A stretch of 64,000 nt of DNA from Abditibacterium sp. (GTDB lineage Bacteria > Armatimonadota > Abditibacteriia > Abditibacteriales > Abditibacteriaceae), in contig CBDASK010000003.1 of NCBI GenBank assembly GCA_965199495.1, forward strand, positions 1,568,001 through 1,632,000. Direction: 5' to 3'. Each line of letters begins with the position of its first letter. The stretch's first letter is position 1. Shown one piece after another: positions 20,386-30,865 of the stretch. The translations under genes and the position numbers were made by a program. The notes below the pieces were generated by a model, which searched no databases, was not told the origin of the DNA, and saw only the letters and a list, made by a program, of their open reading frames with translations.

Positions 20386-22401
20386 TTAATCCTCTAAATT
20401 CAGCCATTTCACTTCGTCGCTCGAAAGCGAAATTTTCAACGCCACCATCGAATCGCGCGTTTCGCTCAGAGCGCGTGGGCCGATGAGCGCGTAAATCGGG
20501 AACGGTTGCGCCAAAACGTAGGCCGCCGCGATGACAATGGGAGAAACGTTTTTCGCGCGCGCCAGCTCACGCGCGCGCCTCAAACGCTCGAAATTGTCGT
20601 CGCTATACCAGCAACGCACCAGTTCTTCGTCGGCGGTAAATTCGCGGTCGGCGCGCGCGAAAAAGCCGCGCGCCTGGCTGCTCCACGCGAACAGGCTCAC
20701 GTTATTTTCTTCAAACCACGCGCGCGATTGCGCATCGGACGAAGAAACACAACCGCTCCAAACGGGTTCGATCAAGCGTGCCAGAGAAAAATTATTCGAC
20801 GCGACCTGCATGCCCTGCAAACCGTGGGCGCGCGCGTATTGGTTGGCCTCTTGGAGGCGTTCCAAACTCCAATTCGAGCCGCCGAAAACTCGAATGCGCC
20901 CGGCGTTTTTGTGTTCGTTCAAAACGTCCACGAACTCGCCGACAGGCACCTCCAAATTGTCGCGATGCAACATATAAATATCGGCGCACTCGATGCTCAG
21001 TTTTCCCAATGATTCTTCGAGTTGACGCGTCAAACCGGCGGGCGTGCAATGCGGCGTGTGCGCGCCTTTGACGATGAGCGTGACATCATCGCGCACGCCG
21101 CGTGTTTGGAGCCAGTGCCCGACAATCGGCTCGGTGCCGTAAATATGCGCCGTATCGAACGCGTTGCCGCCGCGCTCGAAATAATCGTCGAAGAGCGCCA
21201 AACCCTGCGTCAACCGGTTGGTCGCGCCCTCGACCATCGTGCCACACACGATGCGCGCGATCTGCTTCGGCTCGCCATTGGGTTTCGTCACGCCTTCGAT
21301 GGTCGAATAAACCATCGAATTTGGGTAAACCTGCAACGCTTCGCCGCTCACGGGCGCGGTCAGATTCTCGATTTTTTCGGCGGGATATTGCAGTCCGATT
21401 TGCGCGCGCCATTCGTCCAGCGCGCGCATATTACCCAGCGAATCTAAAGCGGTTTGCGCGGGAATTTCCAGCGTTTCGCCCGCGACCAGAGCCGCCAACG
21501 CGTCGGCTTCGTAGGCATAAAGATTCAGCGGCGATTCGACGGTGATTTCTTCTTTGTCGCGACCTTTTTCCAAAACAAAATTCGGTGTCGCGTTACAAAA
21601 GAATGGCGAGGGAATGCGCAAATTGGCTTTGCTGCCGATGATGCGCGCGCTGCTGCCCTCGTTAGCAGCCACGGCGCACGAACAAACCGCGATAATATCG
21701 CCGGGAAAGCGCAAAAGGGCCGTCGTCTGGTTGTCCGTGCCCGAATCGTTGAGTTTGCCCAGCGCCTTAATTTCGAGCGGATCGGCGAACGGTTGATTGC
21801 ACGCCGCGCCCGCGATTAAACGGCACAGCGACATTGCATAACAGCCGACATCCAAAATGCCGCCGCCGCCCAATTCGGGATTGATTAAGCGACTGGCGGG
21901 ATTGCCGTCAGACATAAAACCAAAGGTCGCCTCGATTTTGCGCACCTCGCCCAGCGCGCCGCTACGGATAATTTCGACTAATTTGGCGGATTGCGGATGG
22001 CAGCGATACATGAACGCTTCGAGCAATTGCACGCCGTTGCGCTCGCACGCCTCGACAACGCGCGCGGCGTCGGCCCAGTTGAGCGTCAGCGATTTTTCGA
22101 CCAACAAATGTTTGCCCGCATCGGCGGCCTTAAATGCCCACCGCGCGTGCATCGGGTGCGGCGTGGCGATATAAATCGCGTCCACTTCGGAATTGTCGAG
22201 CAACGCCTGATAATTGGCGTGGCGATGGGGAATCTCGAATTCGTCGCCGAATTTATCGGCGCTTTCCTGCGTGCGAGAAGCCACGGCGACCAAATGGCCG
22301 CGTTTGGCCTCGCGCAAACCGCGCGCAAAGGTGTGGGCGATATTGCCCGTCGAAAGAATGCCCCAACGGAGCGAGGTGGGATTTGAGTTGGAGTTGGACA
22401 C
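20386..22401 (-). CDS. Gfo/Idh/MocA oxidoreductase fused to an aldo/keto reductase
   Basis: WGILSTGNIA, HLLVEK, GGGILDVGCY in the N half; FDTAHIYG, DIYMLHRD, GGSNWS in the C half. Confidence 0.9.
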   Translation of the reverse strand: MSNSNSNPTSLRWGILSTGNIAHTFARGLREAKRGHLVAVASRTQESADKFGDEFEIPHRHANYQALLDNSEVDAIYIATPHPMHARWAFKAADAGKHLLVEKSLTLNWADAARVVEACERNGVQLLEAFMYRCHPQSAKLVEIIRSGALGEVRKIEATFGFMSDGNPASRLINPELGGGGILDVGCYAMSLCRLIAGAACNQPFADPLEIKALGKLNDSGTDNQTTALLRFPGDIIAVCSCAVAANEGSSARIIGSKANLRIPSPFFCNATPNFVLEKGRDKEEITVESPLNLYAYEADALAALVAGETLEIPAQTALDSLGNMRALDEWRAQIGLQYPAEKIENLTAPVSGEALQVYPNSMVYSTIEGVTKPNGEPKQIARIVCGTMVEGATNRLTQGLALFDDYFERGGNAFDTAHIYGTEPIVGHWLQTRGVRDDVTLIVKGAHTPHCTPAGLTRQLEESLGKLSIECADIYMLHRDNLEVPVGEFVDVLNEHKNAGRIRVFGGSNWSLERLQEANQYARAHGLQGMQVASNNFSLARLIEPVWSGCVSSSDAQSRAWFEENNVSLFAWSSQARGFFARADREFTADEELVRCWYSDDNFERLRRARELARAKNVSPIVIAAAYVLAQPFPIYALIGPRALSETRDSMVALKISLSSDEVKWLNLED

Positions 22402-22436
22402 AACTCAAAAGGATATAGCGGATTTCGGATTGCGGA

Positions 22437-22608
22437 GATGGGCGCGCGTTGTCATTTCGAGCGAGGCACGAACCGAGAAATCTTGCGGCCCCGCGCCAGC
22501 GGAGATAACGCATGAACCCGAAAGTTCAAGTCACTCGGACTTGCGTTGCCACGCGGGCAAAAGATTTCTCGGTTCGTGCCTCACTCGAAATGACAACGCG
22601 CGCCCATC
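22437..22608. repeat. REPIN-like long palindrome, GTCATTTCGAGCG family
   Basis: GATGGGCGCGCGTTGTCATTTCGAGCGAGGCACGAACCGAGAAATCTT...AAGATTTCTCGGTTCGTGCCTCACTCGAAATGACAACGCGCGCCCATC. Confidence 0.9.
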
Positions 22609-22636
22609 CGAAATCTGAAATCTGATTATCTGAAAC

Positions 22637-23146
22637 TTAGCGTCGTTTGCCGCCCAGACGGTTTTCGTGGTGGCGCTTGACATCTTCGATTCGATCCGAA
22701 GAATCGGTCAAAAAATCGCGCAGTTTTTCGTCGAATTCGGCGCGTTGGCGGGGATTTTTGGAAACACGAAAAGTGGGTTGTAGCGGTAAATCACCGGCAT
22801 ACATCGGCTGGTCGGCGCCAAAGTTTTCGCTCTCCGAATTTTCCAAGTCTCCATTTTCCGTAAGCTCCGCGACTTCGGCGGCGGCCTCGGCGTGTAATCC
22901 GCTCTCCGATTCGTTATTAAGCGCTTTTTTCATGGAAAACTCCCAACGCCCATCTTCCTTTTGCCGTAACACTTGAACGACAACCGGTGCGCCCTCAATG
23001 CAATATTGTCTCACATCTTTCACGTAATTGTTAGCTATTTCCGAGATGTGAACTAAACCTGTGGTGCCATCATCTAATTGAATGATCGCCCCATAAGCCA
23101 TGACGCGACGCACAATTCCACGAGAGATTTGATCTATTTCAGCCAT
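22637..23146 (-). CDS. S1 RNA-binding domain protein (YabR/YugI-like)
   Basis: YGAIIQLDDGTTGLVHISEIANNYVKDV and C-terminal FDEKLRDFLTDSSDR; GGAG SD upstream. Confidence 0.88.
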   Translation of the reverse strand: MAEIDQISRGIVRRVMAYGAIIQLDDGTTGLVHISEIANNYVKDVRQYCIEGAPVVVQVLRQKEDGRWEFSMKKALNNESESGLHAEAAAEVAELTENGDLENSESENFGADQPMYAGDLPLQPTFRVSKNPRQRAEFDEKLRDFLTDSSDRIEDVKRHHENRLGGKRR

Positions 23147-23443
23147 AATTTACTGCTCCTCCTCGATTTGATTCTTCGAGAAATTTTGAAGTAACCTATT
23201 CTACCCATTTCGGCTTTTTTTCAAACAGGTTTCACTCAAAACAGCCGTAATTTATGGAAGGTAACGCGCTTTATGGCGGTGTTTAAAGCTTAAATTTACG
23301 CTCTGCATATCAACGAACCCTCTAATTTCGAGCGTGATTATCGTTAATGTTAAATTATGTCAATAATAAGAAAACGACGCTGTTCCAAGAAAGAACAGCG
23401 CCGTTTTCCAACAAATATTAGGATTATGATCTCGCGCCACGAC

Positions 23444-24733
23444 TTACGCCGTGGCTGCTTGCAGCGCCTGCTCCAAATCTTCCCGCAAATCGTCAATGTC
23501 TTCCAAGCCAATCGAAAGTCTCACCAATTCCGGTTTGATGCCGCCTTCCAACTGCTGAACCGGATTGAGCTGCGAATGCGTCGTCGTCGCCGGGTGAATC
23601 GCCAGACTTTTGGCGTCGCCGACGTTGGCCAAATGCGAGAACAATTTGCAATTCTCGATGAATTTGCTGCCCGCCTCTTTGCCGCCCTTGATGCCAAAAA
23701 CGACCATCGCGCCGCCTTTTCCCTTCAGATATTTCTTCTGAAGTTCATATTGTGAATCGCCTTCCAAACCGGGATAGCGCACCCATTCGACGGCGGGATG
23801 ATCCTGCAAAAACTTGGCGACGGCGAGCGAATTTTCGCAGTGTCGCTCCATGCGAAGCGGCAACGTCTCGATGCCCTGAATGAAAAACCACGAGTTATCC
23901 GGCGAAATGCACGCGCCCAGATTGCGGAGCGGCACGGTTCTCATGCGTAAAATGTAGGCGAGCGGCGCCAACATTTCAGGCAAATCGTGGCCCCAACGCA
24001 AACCGTGATACGACTCGTCGGGATTGTCGAACAACGGATGCTGCCCGGCTTTCCAATCGAATTTGCCGCCGTCAATCACGATGCCGCCGATGCCAACGCC
24101 GTGACCGCCGAGCCATTTCGTCAGCGAATGCACCACGATGTCGGCGCCATGTTCGAGCGGATTGGTGAGATAAGGCGTCGAAAAAGTCGCGTCCACGATC
24201 AAGGGCACGCCGTGTTCGTGCGCGGCTGTGGAAATCGCGTCCAAATCGGAGACTTCGAGGGCGGGATTGGAAACGGTTTCGCAGAAGAACGCGCGCGTTT
24301 TTTCGTCGGCGGCGCGGGCAAAGTTTTCCGGATCAGTCGAATCCACAAAGCGCACTTCGATGCCCATTTGCGGAAGCAACACGTCGAATTGGGTGAACGA
24401 ACCGCCATAAAGATTGCGCGCCGAAACGATGTTATCGCCCGCTTGCGCCAGATTGATAATCGAATAAAAGACCGCGCTCGAACCAGAAGCCACGCCCAGT
24501 CCGGCCATTTCGTGGGCGCCTTCGAGCATCGAGACGCGTTTTTCCAAAACGTCGGTCGTCGGGTTCATCAGGCGCGTGTAGATGTTACCCAGTTCTTTGA
24601 GGGCAAACAGATTGGCGGCGTGTTCGGCGCTTTTGAAAAGATAAGCCGAAGTGCGATAGACCGGCACGGCGCGCGAAAGCGTATCGCTATCGGGCTTTTG
24701 GCCGCCGTGCAGACAAATTGTATCGAATTTCAT
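23444..24733 (-). CDS. metY: O-acetylhomoserine aminocarboxypropyltransferase
   Basis: GNIYTRLMNPTTDVLEKR, HSLTKWLGGHG (PLP lysine), HLANVGDAKSLAIHPATTTHSQL. Confidence 0.93.
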   Translation of the reverse strand: MKFDTICLHGGQKPDSDTLSRAVPVYRTSAYLFKSAEHAANLFALKELGNIYTRLMNPTTDVLEKRVSMLEGAHEMAGLGVASGSSAVFYSIINLAQAGDNIVSARNLYGGSFTQFDVLLPQMGIEVRFVDSTDPENFARAADEKTRAFFCETVSNPALEVSDLDAISTAAHEHGVPLIVDATFSTPYLTNPLEHGADIVVHSLTKWLGGHGVGIGGIVIDGGKFDWKAGQHPLFDNPDESYHGLRWGHDLPEMLAPLAYILRMRTVPLRNLGACISPDNSWFFIQGIETLPLRMERHCENSLAVAKFLQDHPAVEWVRYPGLEGDSQYELQKKYLKGKGGAMVVFGIKGGKEAGSKFIENCKLFSHLANVGDAKSLAIHPATTTHSQLNPVQQLEGGIKPELVRLSIGLEDIDDLREDLEQALQAATA

Positions 24734-24779
24734 GGGAGCGGCTTAGTCTAATTGAGCGCAAAAACTGTGGCTGCAAATC

Positions 24780-24831
24780 GTAGGGGCTTGCCGCGCAAGC
24801 CCCAGACGTGAATACGGCTTACGCGGCAAGC
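24780..24831. repeat. GTAG-type REP doublet (degenerate)
   Basis: GTAGGGGCTTGCCGCGCAAGCCCC hairpin with a 5' GTAG tetranucleotide, followed by the inverted partial copy GGCTTACGCGGCAAGC. Confidence 0.55.
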
Positions 24832-25242
24832 TTTATTTAATTCTAAAAATTTTGTGGAATAACCAAACAATGTTCTCACTCATGACACATTGCGACATCA
24901 AAAGCGGTCTAATATCTCCTTGACCCCCGGCGGAACGTTTGGCTTTTGTCTTCGTTTATTCAAAGGAGACGAGAGTTGCCTTGCAACAGCATTTTGTGTT
25001 ATAAGGTAGAGTTGCGTTTCCCCGCACCAAGTTAAAACTTCGGTTTGATTGAACGTATAAAATCGTTTTGCAGACCGATTGAACATCTTTAAAACTGCCG
25101 CATTTAAAAGCATCTTTCCGATAAGAGCCAAGAATTGTCATCCAAAACACGCCTTTTTCAACAGAACCTGAACCCGCGAGGGCTAAGGTTTTTTGTGTGT
25201 CTGGGGCGCACGCGGATGAAGAGGAGCAAATAAACACACTGA

Positions 25243-26130
25243 ATGAGCAAGCAATATCCACAAGGCAATAACTCGCGCGGCGTCGAAGCCACGTCGTCGG
25301 CCCTCCCCGATGCCGTCGCGGCCTGGGTCAAGATGGCGCAGAAAACGCCGTTGCTCACCGCCGCCGAAGAAAAAGAACTGGGTCGCCGCATCGCGCGCGG
25401 CGACGAAGCCGCCTATAAACGCATGGTCGAGGCCAACCTGCGCCTCGTCATCACGATGGCTTTGAAGCAGTTGCATCAGGGCCACAATCATTCGCTGACG
25501 TTGGCCGACCTGATTCAAGAAGGCAACTTCGGCTTGATGCGCGCCGCGCGCAAATTCGATCCAGCATTGGGCTACCGTTTCTCAACCTACGCCTCGTTCT
25601 GGATTCGCCAAGCCATGAGCCGCGCCATCGCCGATCAAGCCAAGATGGTGAGAGTCCCGGCGCATATCGCCGAACTCACTAAAACCGCCTATCGCACGAT
25701 TGCGACGCTGGTTCAATCGTTGGGTCGCCAGCCGACAGTTGAAGAGTTGGCGCACAAGTTGGACGTGACCAAAGAGACCGCCGAATTGGTGTTGAAGAAC
25801 ATGGCCGAAACGTTTTCGCTCGACGATGAAATCGGCGATAGCGGCGACGGCGAAGATTTCGTGGATATGCTGCGCGACGTGGATGCCATCGTGCCCGAAG
25901 AGGCCGCCGAAACCGCGATTCTGCGCGAGGAAGTGCGCTCGGCGCTGGACGAATTGACCGAACGCGAACGCGAAGTCGTCAATATGCGCTACGGCCTGAG
26001 CGGTGGCCGCGCCCACACGCTGCAAGAGTTGGGCGCGCACTTCAAAGTCTCGCGCGAACGCGTGCGCCAAATTGAAGGTCAGGCTTTGCGCAAACTGCGC
26101 AAAGGCGGACTGAACGACGCAGTGAATTAG
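25243..26130 (+). CDS. RNA polymerase sigma-70 factor (RpoD/RpoS-like, lacking region 1.1)
   Basis: ANLRLV, DLIQEGNFGLMRAARKFD, FSTYASFWIRQA, TLQELGAHFKVSRERVRQIEGQALRKLR. Confidence 0.95.
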   Translation: MSKQYPQGNNSRGVEATSSALPDAVAAWVKMAQKTPLLTAAEEKELGRRIARGDEAAYKRMVEANLRLVITMALKQLHQGHNHSLTLADLIQEGNFGLMRAARKFDPALGYRFSTYASFWIRQAMSRAIADQAKMVRVPAHIAELTKTAYRTIATLVQSLGRQPTVEELAHKLDVTKETAELVLKNMAETFSLDDEIGDSGDGEDFVDMLRDVDAIVPEEAAETAILREEVRSALDELTEREREVVNMRYGLSGGRAHTLQELGAHFKVSRERVRQIEGQALRKLRKGGLNDAVN

Positions 26131-26136
26131 GACGAC

Positions 26137-26182
26137 AAAATAGAAAGAGCCTGCGATGAATTTCGTAGGCTCTTTCTATTTT
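26137..26182 (+). terminator. Intrinsic terminator
   Basis: AAAATAGAAAGAGCCTGCGA-loop-TCGTAGGCTCTTTCTATTTT. Confidence 0.75.
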
Positions 26183-26195
26183 GATCGGGGGAACA

Positions 26196-26726
26196 ATGAA
26201 AACGCTTTATTACCCGCTTTGGTATCGTCTTGATAGCGTGAATCGTTACCTGATTTGGATCACTCAAATGGAAGCAGACGAAGATTTGGATGGCGTTTGG
26301 CTCGATTTAAACGGCAAAATCCCCGTTTTTCGTTCGCTCGATGCGCTGTGCGCTTACGCTCAAGACAGGAAAATAATGCTTCAAGACGACGAACCTATTT
26401 TGCATAATTTGGACGTGATAAAGCGCTGGCTAAAAGTCAAGCGTTCCAAAGCGCAGGGGCCGACTTCGATTGATTGCGACGCGTTTTTGGCCGCGTGGAA
26501 TTTCTTCGCCGATGTCTCGCGCTCCCTTGGCGGTGGCTTCGATGCTGACCGCGAGCGCACAAAGAAGATTTATCTCAAGATTTTTTATGGCAACAATTTG
26601 CCCGCAATTACGCCCGCAGGGGAATATTATGTTCCGCGCTGGTCGAATCGCGAAAAGCGGATAATCCGCGAAATCATGACTTACGGTTTGAAAATGCTGC
26701 GTGCCAATGTCGCATACGTGCCATAG
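26196..26726 (+). CDS. Hypothetical protein
   Basis: 176-aa ORF with GGGGA SD before ATG 26196; no family recognised. Confidence 0.65.
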   Translation: MKTLYYPLWYRLDSVNRYLIWITQMEADEDLDGVWLDLNGKIPVFRSLDALCAYAQDRKIMLQDDEPILHNLDVIKRWLKVKRSKAQGPTSIDCDAFLAAWNFFADVSRSLGGGFDADRERTKKIYLKIFYGNNLPAITPAGEYYVPRWSNREKRIIREIMTYGLKMLRANVAYVP

Positions 26727-26768
26727 CGTTTGCGGCGGCGCAATCGAATTAGTAAAATTGCTCCAATT

Positions 26769-27794
26769 ATGAAATCTGCCCAATTGTTTGTTGCCGCTTT
26801 ATCGCTTACGAGCGTCAATGCGTTTGCCCAACCCAATCCGGTTGCGGCGCCGATGGTCGCGCCCAAACCTATTTTAGCGCCGATTGATGGGACGAATTGG
26901 AGCGCGATAGCCGTGCGCAACGTGCCACCTTCACTTATCGCATGGCAACTCGACCAAAAACACAACGCGATGCCCGCGTTTTTCAACATGCCTTACGCGC
27001 CGCCGACAAAATATGCGGCGGATTATAAAGCGCCGCCTCAGACGAAAAACCCGTTCGATTTAGCCGATGAAACGCGTTTGGTGGCGTCCGATGAACAAAA
27101 ATTATTGTTTGTTGGCGGAGGCGACACGCAGCAAATCGCGAAAGTGCGCGAATTGGTTTCGATGTTCGACCAACCGTTGCGCCATGTCGAAATCGAGGCG
27201 CGGTTTGTTCAGTTATCGAATGTGGAACTGAAAGAATTTGGGATTGTCGCCGATGCAGCCACGCCGGGCACGCCCGGCGTGGCTGCACCAATCGAAGGCG
27301 CGATTTCACTCGGTTTCGTGCGCGGCGATTTTCAAAAGCGATTGGACGAAATGGTCGCCGATGGCAAAGCCAAAGTGATTTCGACCAAACCGCAAATCCT
27401 CACTAACAACATGGGCCTCACGATTTCGCTGCTTTCTGGCCCGATTGATAATACCGGCGCCAATCAGAATAAACGTCCTGCCGCGCCCGCCAACGGCACC
27501 GATACGATTTTCACCGTGACGCCGACAATTAACGGCGACGGTACCATCACCGTTTTGATGAATATCGCGACCTTGCCCGTAACTGCGAATTATTTGGGAT
27601 TGGAGACCGTTGCCAACATGCGCAACGGCGATACAATCGCGTTGATGGGTCTAAAGTCGTCGGTGATTCCAAGCGCGATGAGGAATGATAAAATTTCGAT
27701 ATATGGAAATATTCCTGATATTGGTTCGTTATTCCGCTCGAAAAATGTCGTGATGTTTGTGACCGCACGCATCGTGCGCGATGACGAAAAATAA
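26769..27794 (+). CDS. Short secretin-like protein (paralogue 1)
   Basis: Signal peptide; FDQPLRHVEIEARFV, GKAKVISTKPQIL, VTPTINGDGTITV, IPDIGSLFRSK, MFVTARIV. Confidence 0.75.
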   Translation: MKSAQLFVAALSLTSVNAFAQPNPVAAPMVAPKPILAPIDGTNWSAIAVRNVPPSLIAWQLDQKHNAMPAFFNMPYAPPTKYAADYKAPPQTKNPFDLADETRLVASDEQKLLFVGGGDTQQIAKVRELVSMFDQPLRHVEIEARFVQLSNVELKEFGIVADAATPGTPGVAAPIEGAISLGFVRGDFQKRLDEMVADGKAKVISTKPQILTNNMGLTISLLSGPIDNTGANQNKRPAAPANGTDTIFTVTPTINGDGTITVLMNIATLPVTANYLGLETVANMRNGDTIALMGLKSSVIPSAMRNDKISIYGNIPDIGSLFRSKNVVMFVTARIVRDDEK

Positions 27795-27845
27795 TGCGCA
27801 ACATTCTGCGATAACTGTAATCGAATTTGAGTCCGATAATTTCTT

Positions 27846-28745
27846 ATGAAACATCTTCCTCTCCTCGCGCTTGTGGGCGCCGTCACGTTTTTGGGCACAA
27901 CTGCGGGCACTTTCGCGCAAACGGCGCAGCCGCCAGCGCCCGCGAAAACCGAGAAAGCGCCGGAATTAATGCGCACCATAAAAATAAAAAACGTGCCTTC
28001 GGCGTTAATCGCTTACTGGCTCGATCCCAAACACAATGCGCGTCCTGCCGCTTTGGGCGAAGTGAACTCAAACCGTTATGGCGCACCGCGCGAAGCCGAA
28101 GAGAAGGGCGCGTTTACGTTGCCCGGCGACATCAGACAAGTCGTTTCGGTTGACCCGCAAAACGTGATTTTAGTGGCGGGCGGCAGCAAAGAAGATATGA
28201 ACCGATTGGAAGAGTTAATTGACGTGTTGGATCAGCCGCTTCGACAAGTCGAAATCGCGGCACAGTTCGTCGAGATGAACACCGCCGATGTGAGCCAGTT
28301 CGGCATTGACACTAACGTTGCGGGCAAAGGGGACATTGGCTTTGTGCGCAGTAATTTTAACGCGCAGTTGAATAAGCTCATCGGTGAAGGAAGAGCGAAA
28401 GTCGTTTCGGCCCCGCGCGTGACCGCTATCAATAATGTGCCCGCGACGATCAATGCAGCCACGCCACCGACGAATGGAAAGACACCGAAATGGGTTTATA
28501 ATCTCACGCCAACCATCAATGGCGACGATACGATCACGATTTTATTCCAGCCCGTCGCGGAAAAAGGGGGAATCGAAACCGTTGCCAATGTCCGCGATGG
28601 CGATACCATCACGATGATTGTGCAAGCCACTCCGCAAACGACAGATGCGATAAACGCTCTCCCCGCATTAAAGACAACTCTGGTGTTTCTCACTACCCGC
28701 ATCATTTGGCGCGCCGGGGAAAAATTATCTGTTGCGGGGAAATGA
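27846..28745 (+). CDS. Short secretin-like protein (paralogue 2)
   Basis: Signal peptide; LDQPLRQVEIAAQFV, AKVVSAPRVTAINNVPATI, LTPTINGDDTIT, VFLTTRII. Confidence 0.75.
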   Translation: MKHLPLLALVGAVTFLGTTAGTFAQTAQPPAPAKTEKAPELMRTIKIKNVPSALIAYWLDPKHNARPAALGEVNSNRYGAPREAEEKGAFTLPGDIRQVVSVDPQNVILVAGGSKEDMNRLEELIDVLDQPLRQVEIAAQFVEMNTADVSQFGIDTNVAGKGDIGFVRSNFNAQLNKLIGEGRAKVVSAPRVTAINNVPATINAATPPTNGKTPKWVYNLTPTINGDDTITILFQPVAEKGGIETVANVRDGDTITMIVQATPQTTDAINALPALKTTLVFLTTRIIWRAGEKLSVAGK

Positions 28746-28821
28746 AATCTTGAGATTAAAAACCGAATAAATTTCGGTTTTTCCCTTATGCTGTTAGTTG
28801 CAAGTTACCAAATTTACTACC

Positions 28822-29769
28822 ATGAAACAAATCACTCTCGTCGCCCTGTTGGGCGTGGCTGCATTGCAGGGAACAACGATGGGCGTTTGGGCGCAAACAG
28901 CGCCCACGATGCCCGCAACCAAACAAGACGCGAAAGTGAACTTGCATTATTTTCGCTTGAAAAACGTCCAGCCTTCGTTGATGGCGTATTGGATCGATCC
29001 AGACCATAATCCGCTTCCCAACGATTCGGACAGAGACGCTCATATATATGGCTCGCTCAAACAGTACTGGCCCGATGCCACGCTGAGCAATGAGAAGGAG
29101 GAACGGAGATTTAAACTTCCGGCGAACGTCGGTCGAGCCATCGCCTCCGACGAACATGACGTTTTATCGGTCGAAGTTGACGATGCCGATGTGGAACCGC
29201 TCCGGGAGTTGCTCAACTCTTTGGATCAACCGCTTCGCCGAATCGAAATCGAAGCGCAGTTCGTCGAAATGGACAAAGCGGATTTGAAAAAGTTCGACCT
29301 TGATATAGCATTAGGGAATGACAATCATGGCATGAGCGCCGGTCTCATGGGCGATAATTTCGCATCCACGCTGAACGAGCTGGTGGCTCAAAACAAGGTG
29401 AAGATTATCGCGGCGCCACGCGTAAACGCCGTTGATAACGTCATCGCGCAACTTGGAGATTCCGAAAGGCGCCCGATTCTTTCCAAGTCAAACGCCATGC
29501 AAGCAAGGCTTGAGTTTTCGACGAACAAGTTGTGGCTCAACATCGAGCCGACGATTAACCCCGATAATTCGTTGGCTTTGCGCTATCGTGCTTTTCGGCA
29601 AACTTATTTAAGTGCCGTAGAAAAGTCTGGTCAAGGACAAATCGCTGGCGTCTCCGACGGCGCCACGTTCGTTATTAGAAACCCGTTGCTTAGCAATAAA
29701 TCCGAAACCCAATCCGCGCGAGAAACCGTCGTATTTGTGACTCCGCGTATCGTGCACAAAGGTAGATAA
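28822..29769 (+). CDS. Short secretin-like protein (paralogue 3)
   Basis: Signal peptide; LDQPLRRIEIEAQFV, IIAAPRV, IEPTINPDNS, ETVVFVTPRIV. Confidence 0.75.
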   Translation: MKQITLVALLGVAALQGTTMGVWAQTAPTMPATKQDAKVNLHYFRLKNVQPSLMAYWIDPDHNPLPNDSDRDAHIYGSLKQYWPDATLSNEKEERRFKLPANVGRAIASDEHDVLSVEVDDADVEPLRELLNSLDQPLRRIEIEAQFVEMDKADLKKFDLDIALGNDNHGMSAGLMGDNFASTLNELVAQNKVKIIAAPRVNAVDNVIAQLGDSERRPILSKSNAMQARLEFSTNKLWLNIEPTINPDNSLALRYRAFRQTYLSAVEKSGQGQIAGVSDGATFVIRNPLLSNKSETQSARETVVFVTPRIVHKGR

Positions 29770-29771
29770 CA

Positions 29772-29812
29772 ATAAAAAGGCCGCAGAACATGAGTTCTGC
29801 GGCCTTTTTTTA
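29772..29812. terminator. Bidirectional intrinsic terminator
   Basis: AAAAAGGCCGCAGAAC-ATGA-GTTCTGCGGCCTTTTTTT between convergent genes. Confidence 0.85.
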
Positions 29813-29822
29813 TATTTTTCTA

Positions 29823-30842
29823 TCAGCCACCGCAACACGAACTCGCCGCCGATTCCGGTTTGCTGGCGACGGTTTCGACTTCAAAGCCCGCCGCTTCGAT
29901 CCAAGCAGCCACGTCGGTGTGATGTTCGCCGGGCGTTGTCAAATAACCGTCAACGAAGAGCGAATTGGCGGGCCACAAAACGCGATGTTGCAATTCGCCC
30001 AAACGTTCGCGCCCGGCGGCGGCGCGGACTTCGGCGCGCGGGTTGGAAAAGCGCATCAGCGACATCACGCGCAGGGCGTGTTGCGCGCTCGTCGGTTGCG
30101 CGATTTGCAAGGGCACGCCTTTGATGCGAATTAAAACGTTAATCGGGATGCTCTCGATTTCCATTTCGCGCAACTGAAAAGCCATATCAATCAAATCGTC
30201 CACGCTTTCGCCCATGCCGACGATGCCGCCCGCGCAGGTATGAAGTCCGGCGCTTTGCACATTGCGAATCGTGTTCAAACGGTCGTCGTAGGTGTGCGTC
30301 GAGCAAATTTTGGGATAGTGATTTTCGCCGGTATTGAGATTATGATTGACGTAATCCACGCCCGCCGCTTTCAAGTCGCGGCATTTTTGCGCGTCCAACA
30401 AGCCCAGACTGGTGCAAATTTCGAGATGGCAAAGTTCGGGCGTGTCGCGAATTTCGGCGATGGCGTTGCCCAGATGTTCGATGTCGCGCGCCGTGGCTCC
30501 GCGCGCGGCGATGGCCATGCAAAAACGCGTGGCGCCCGCGTCAACGGCGGCGCGCGCGCGTTCGACGATTTTTTCTTGGGGCAACAGCCGGTATTTTTGC
30601 ACGGGCGCCGTCGAAATTTTCGATTGCGAACAGTAGCCGCAATCTTCCGGGCAGATGCCGCTTTGCGCGTTGAGCAGCAAACATAATTTGACGCGGCGCC
30701 CGTAATGATGCTCGCGCACGCGCAGGGCGGCGTCTAAAATCGCATCGAGATCGTCGTCGGGCGCGCACAAAACGGCGTGGGCTTGGTCGCGCGTCAGGGG
30801 TTCGTCGCGCAGGGCTTTGTCGGCGAGGGTTTGAAAATCCAC
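29823..30842 (-). CDS. bioB: Biotin synthase
   Basis: Radical SAM CPEDCGYCSQ, NHNLNT, GGIVGMGE, SIPIN, ANSLFVDGYLTT. Confidence 0.96.
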   Translation of the reverse strand: MDFQTLADKALRDEPLTRDQAHAVLCAPDDDLDAILDAALRVREHHYGRRVKLCLLLNAQSGICPEDCGYCSQSKISTAPVQKYRLLPQEKIVERARAAVDAGATRFCMAIAARGATARDIEHLGNAIAEIRDTPELCHLEICTSLGLLDAQKCRDLKAAGVDYVNHNLNTGENHYPKICSTHTYDDRLNTIRNVQSAGLHTCAGGIVGMGESVDDLIDMAFQLREMEIESIPINVLIRIKGVPLQIAQPTSAQHALRVMSLMRFSNPRAEVRAAAGRERLGELQHRVLWPANSLFVDGYLTTPGEHHTDVAAWIEAAGFEVETVASKPESAASSCCGG

Positions 30843-30865
30843 GCATCAAATTATAACGCGTATTC

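Noticed and set aside
24734..25242. SAM or c-di-GMP riboswitch in the long metY/sigma intergenic region
   Set aside because: No consensus elements could be matched by eye; an Rfam scan would be needed.
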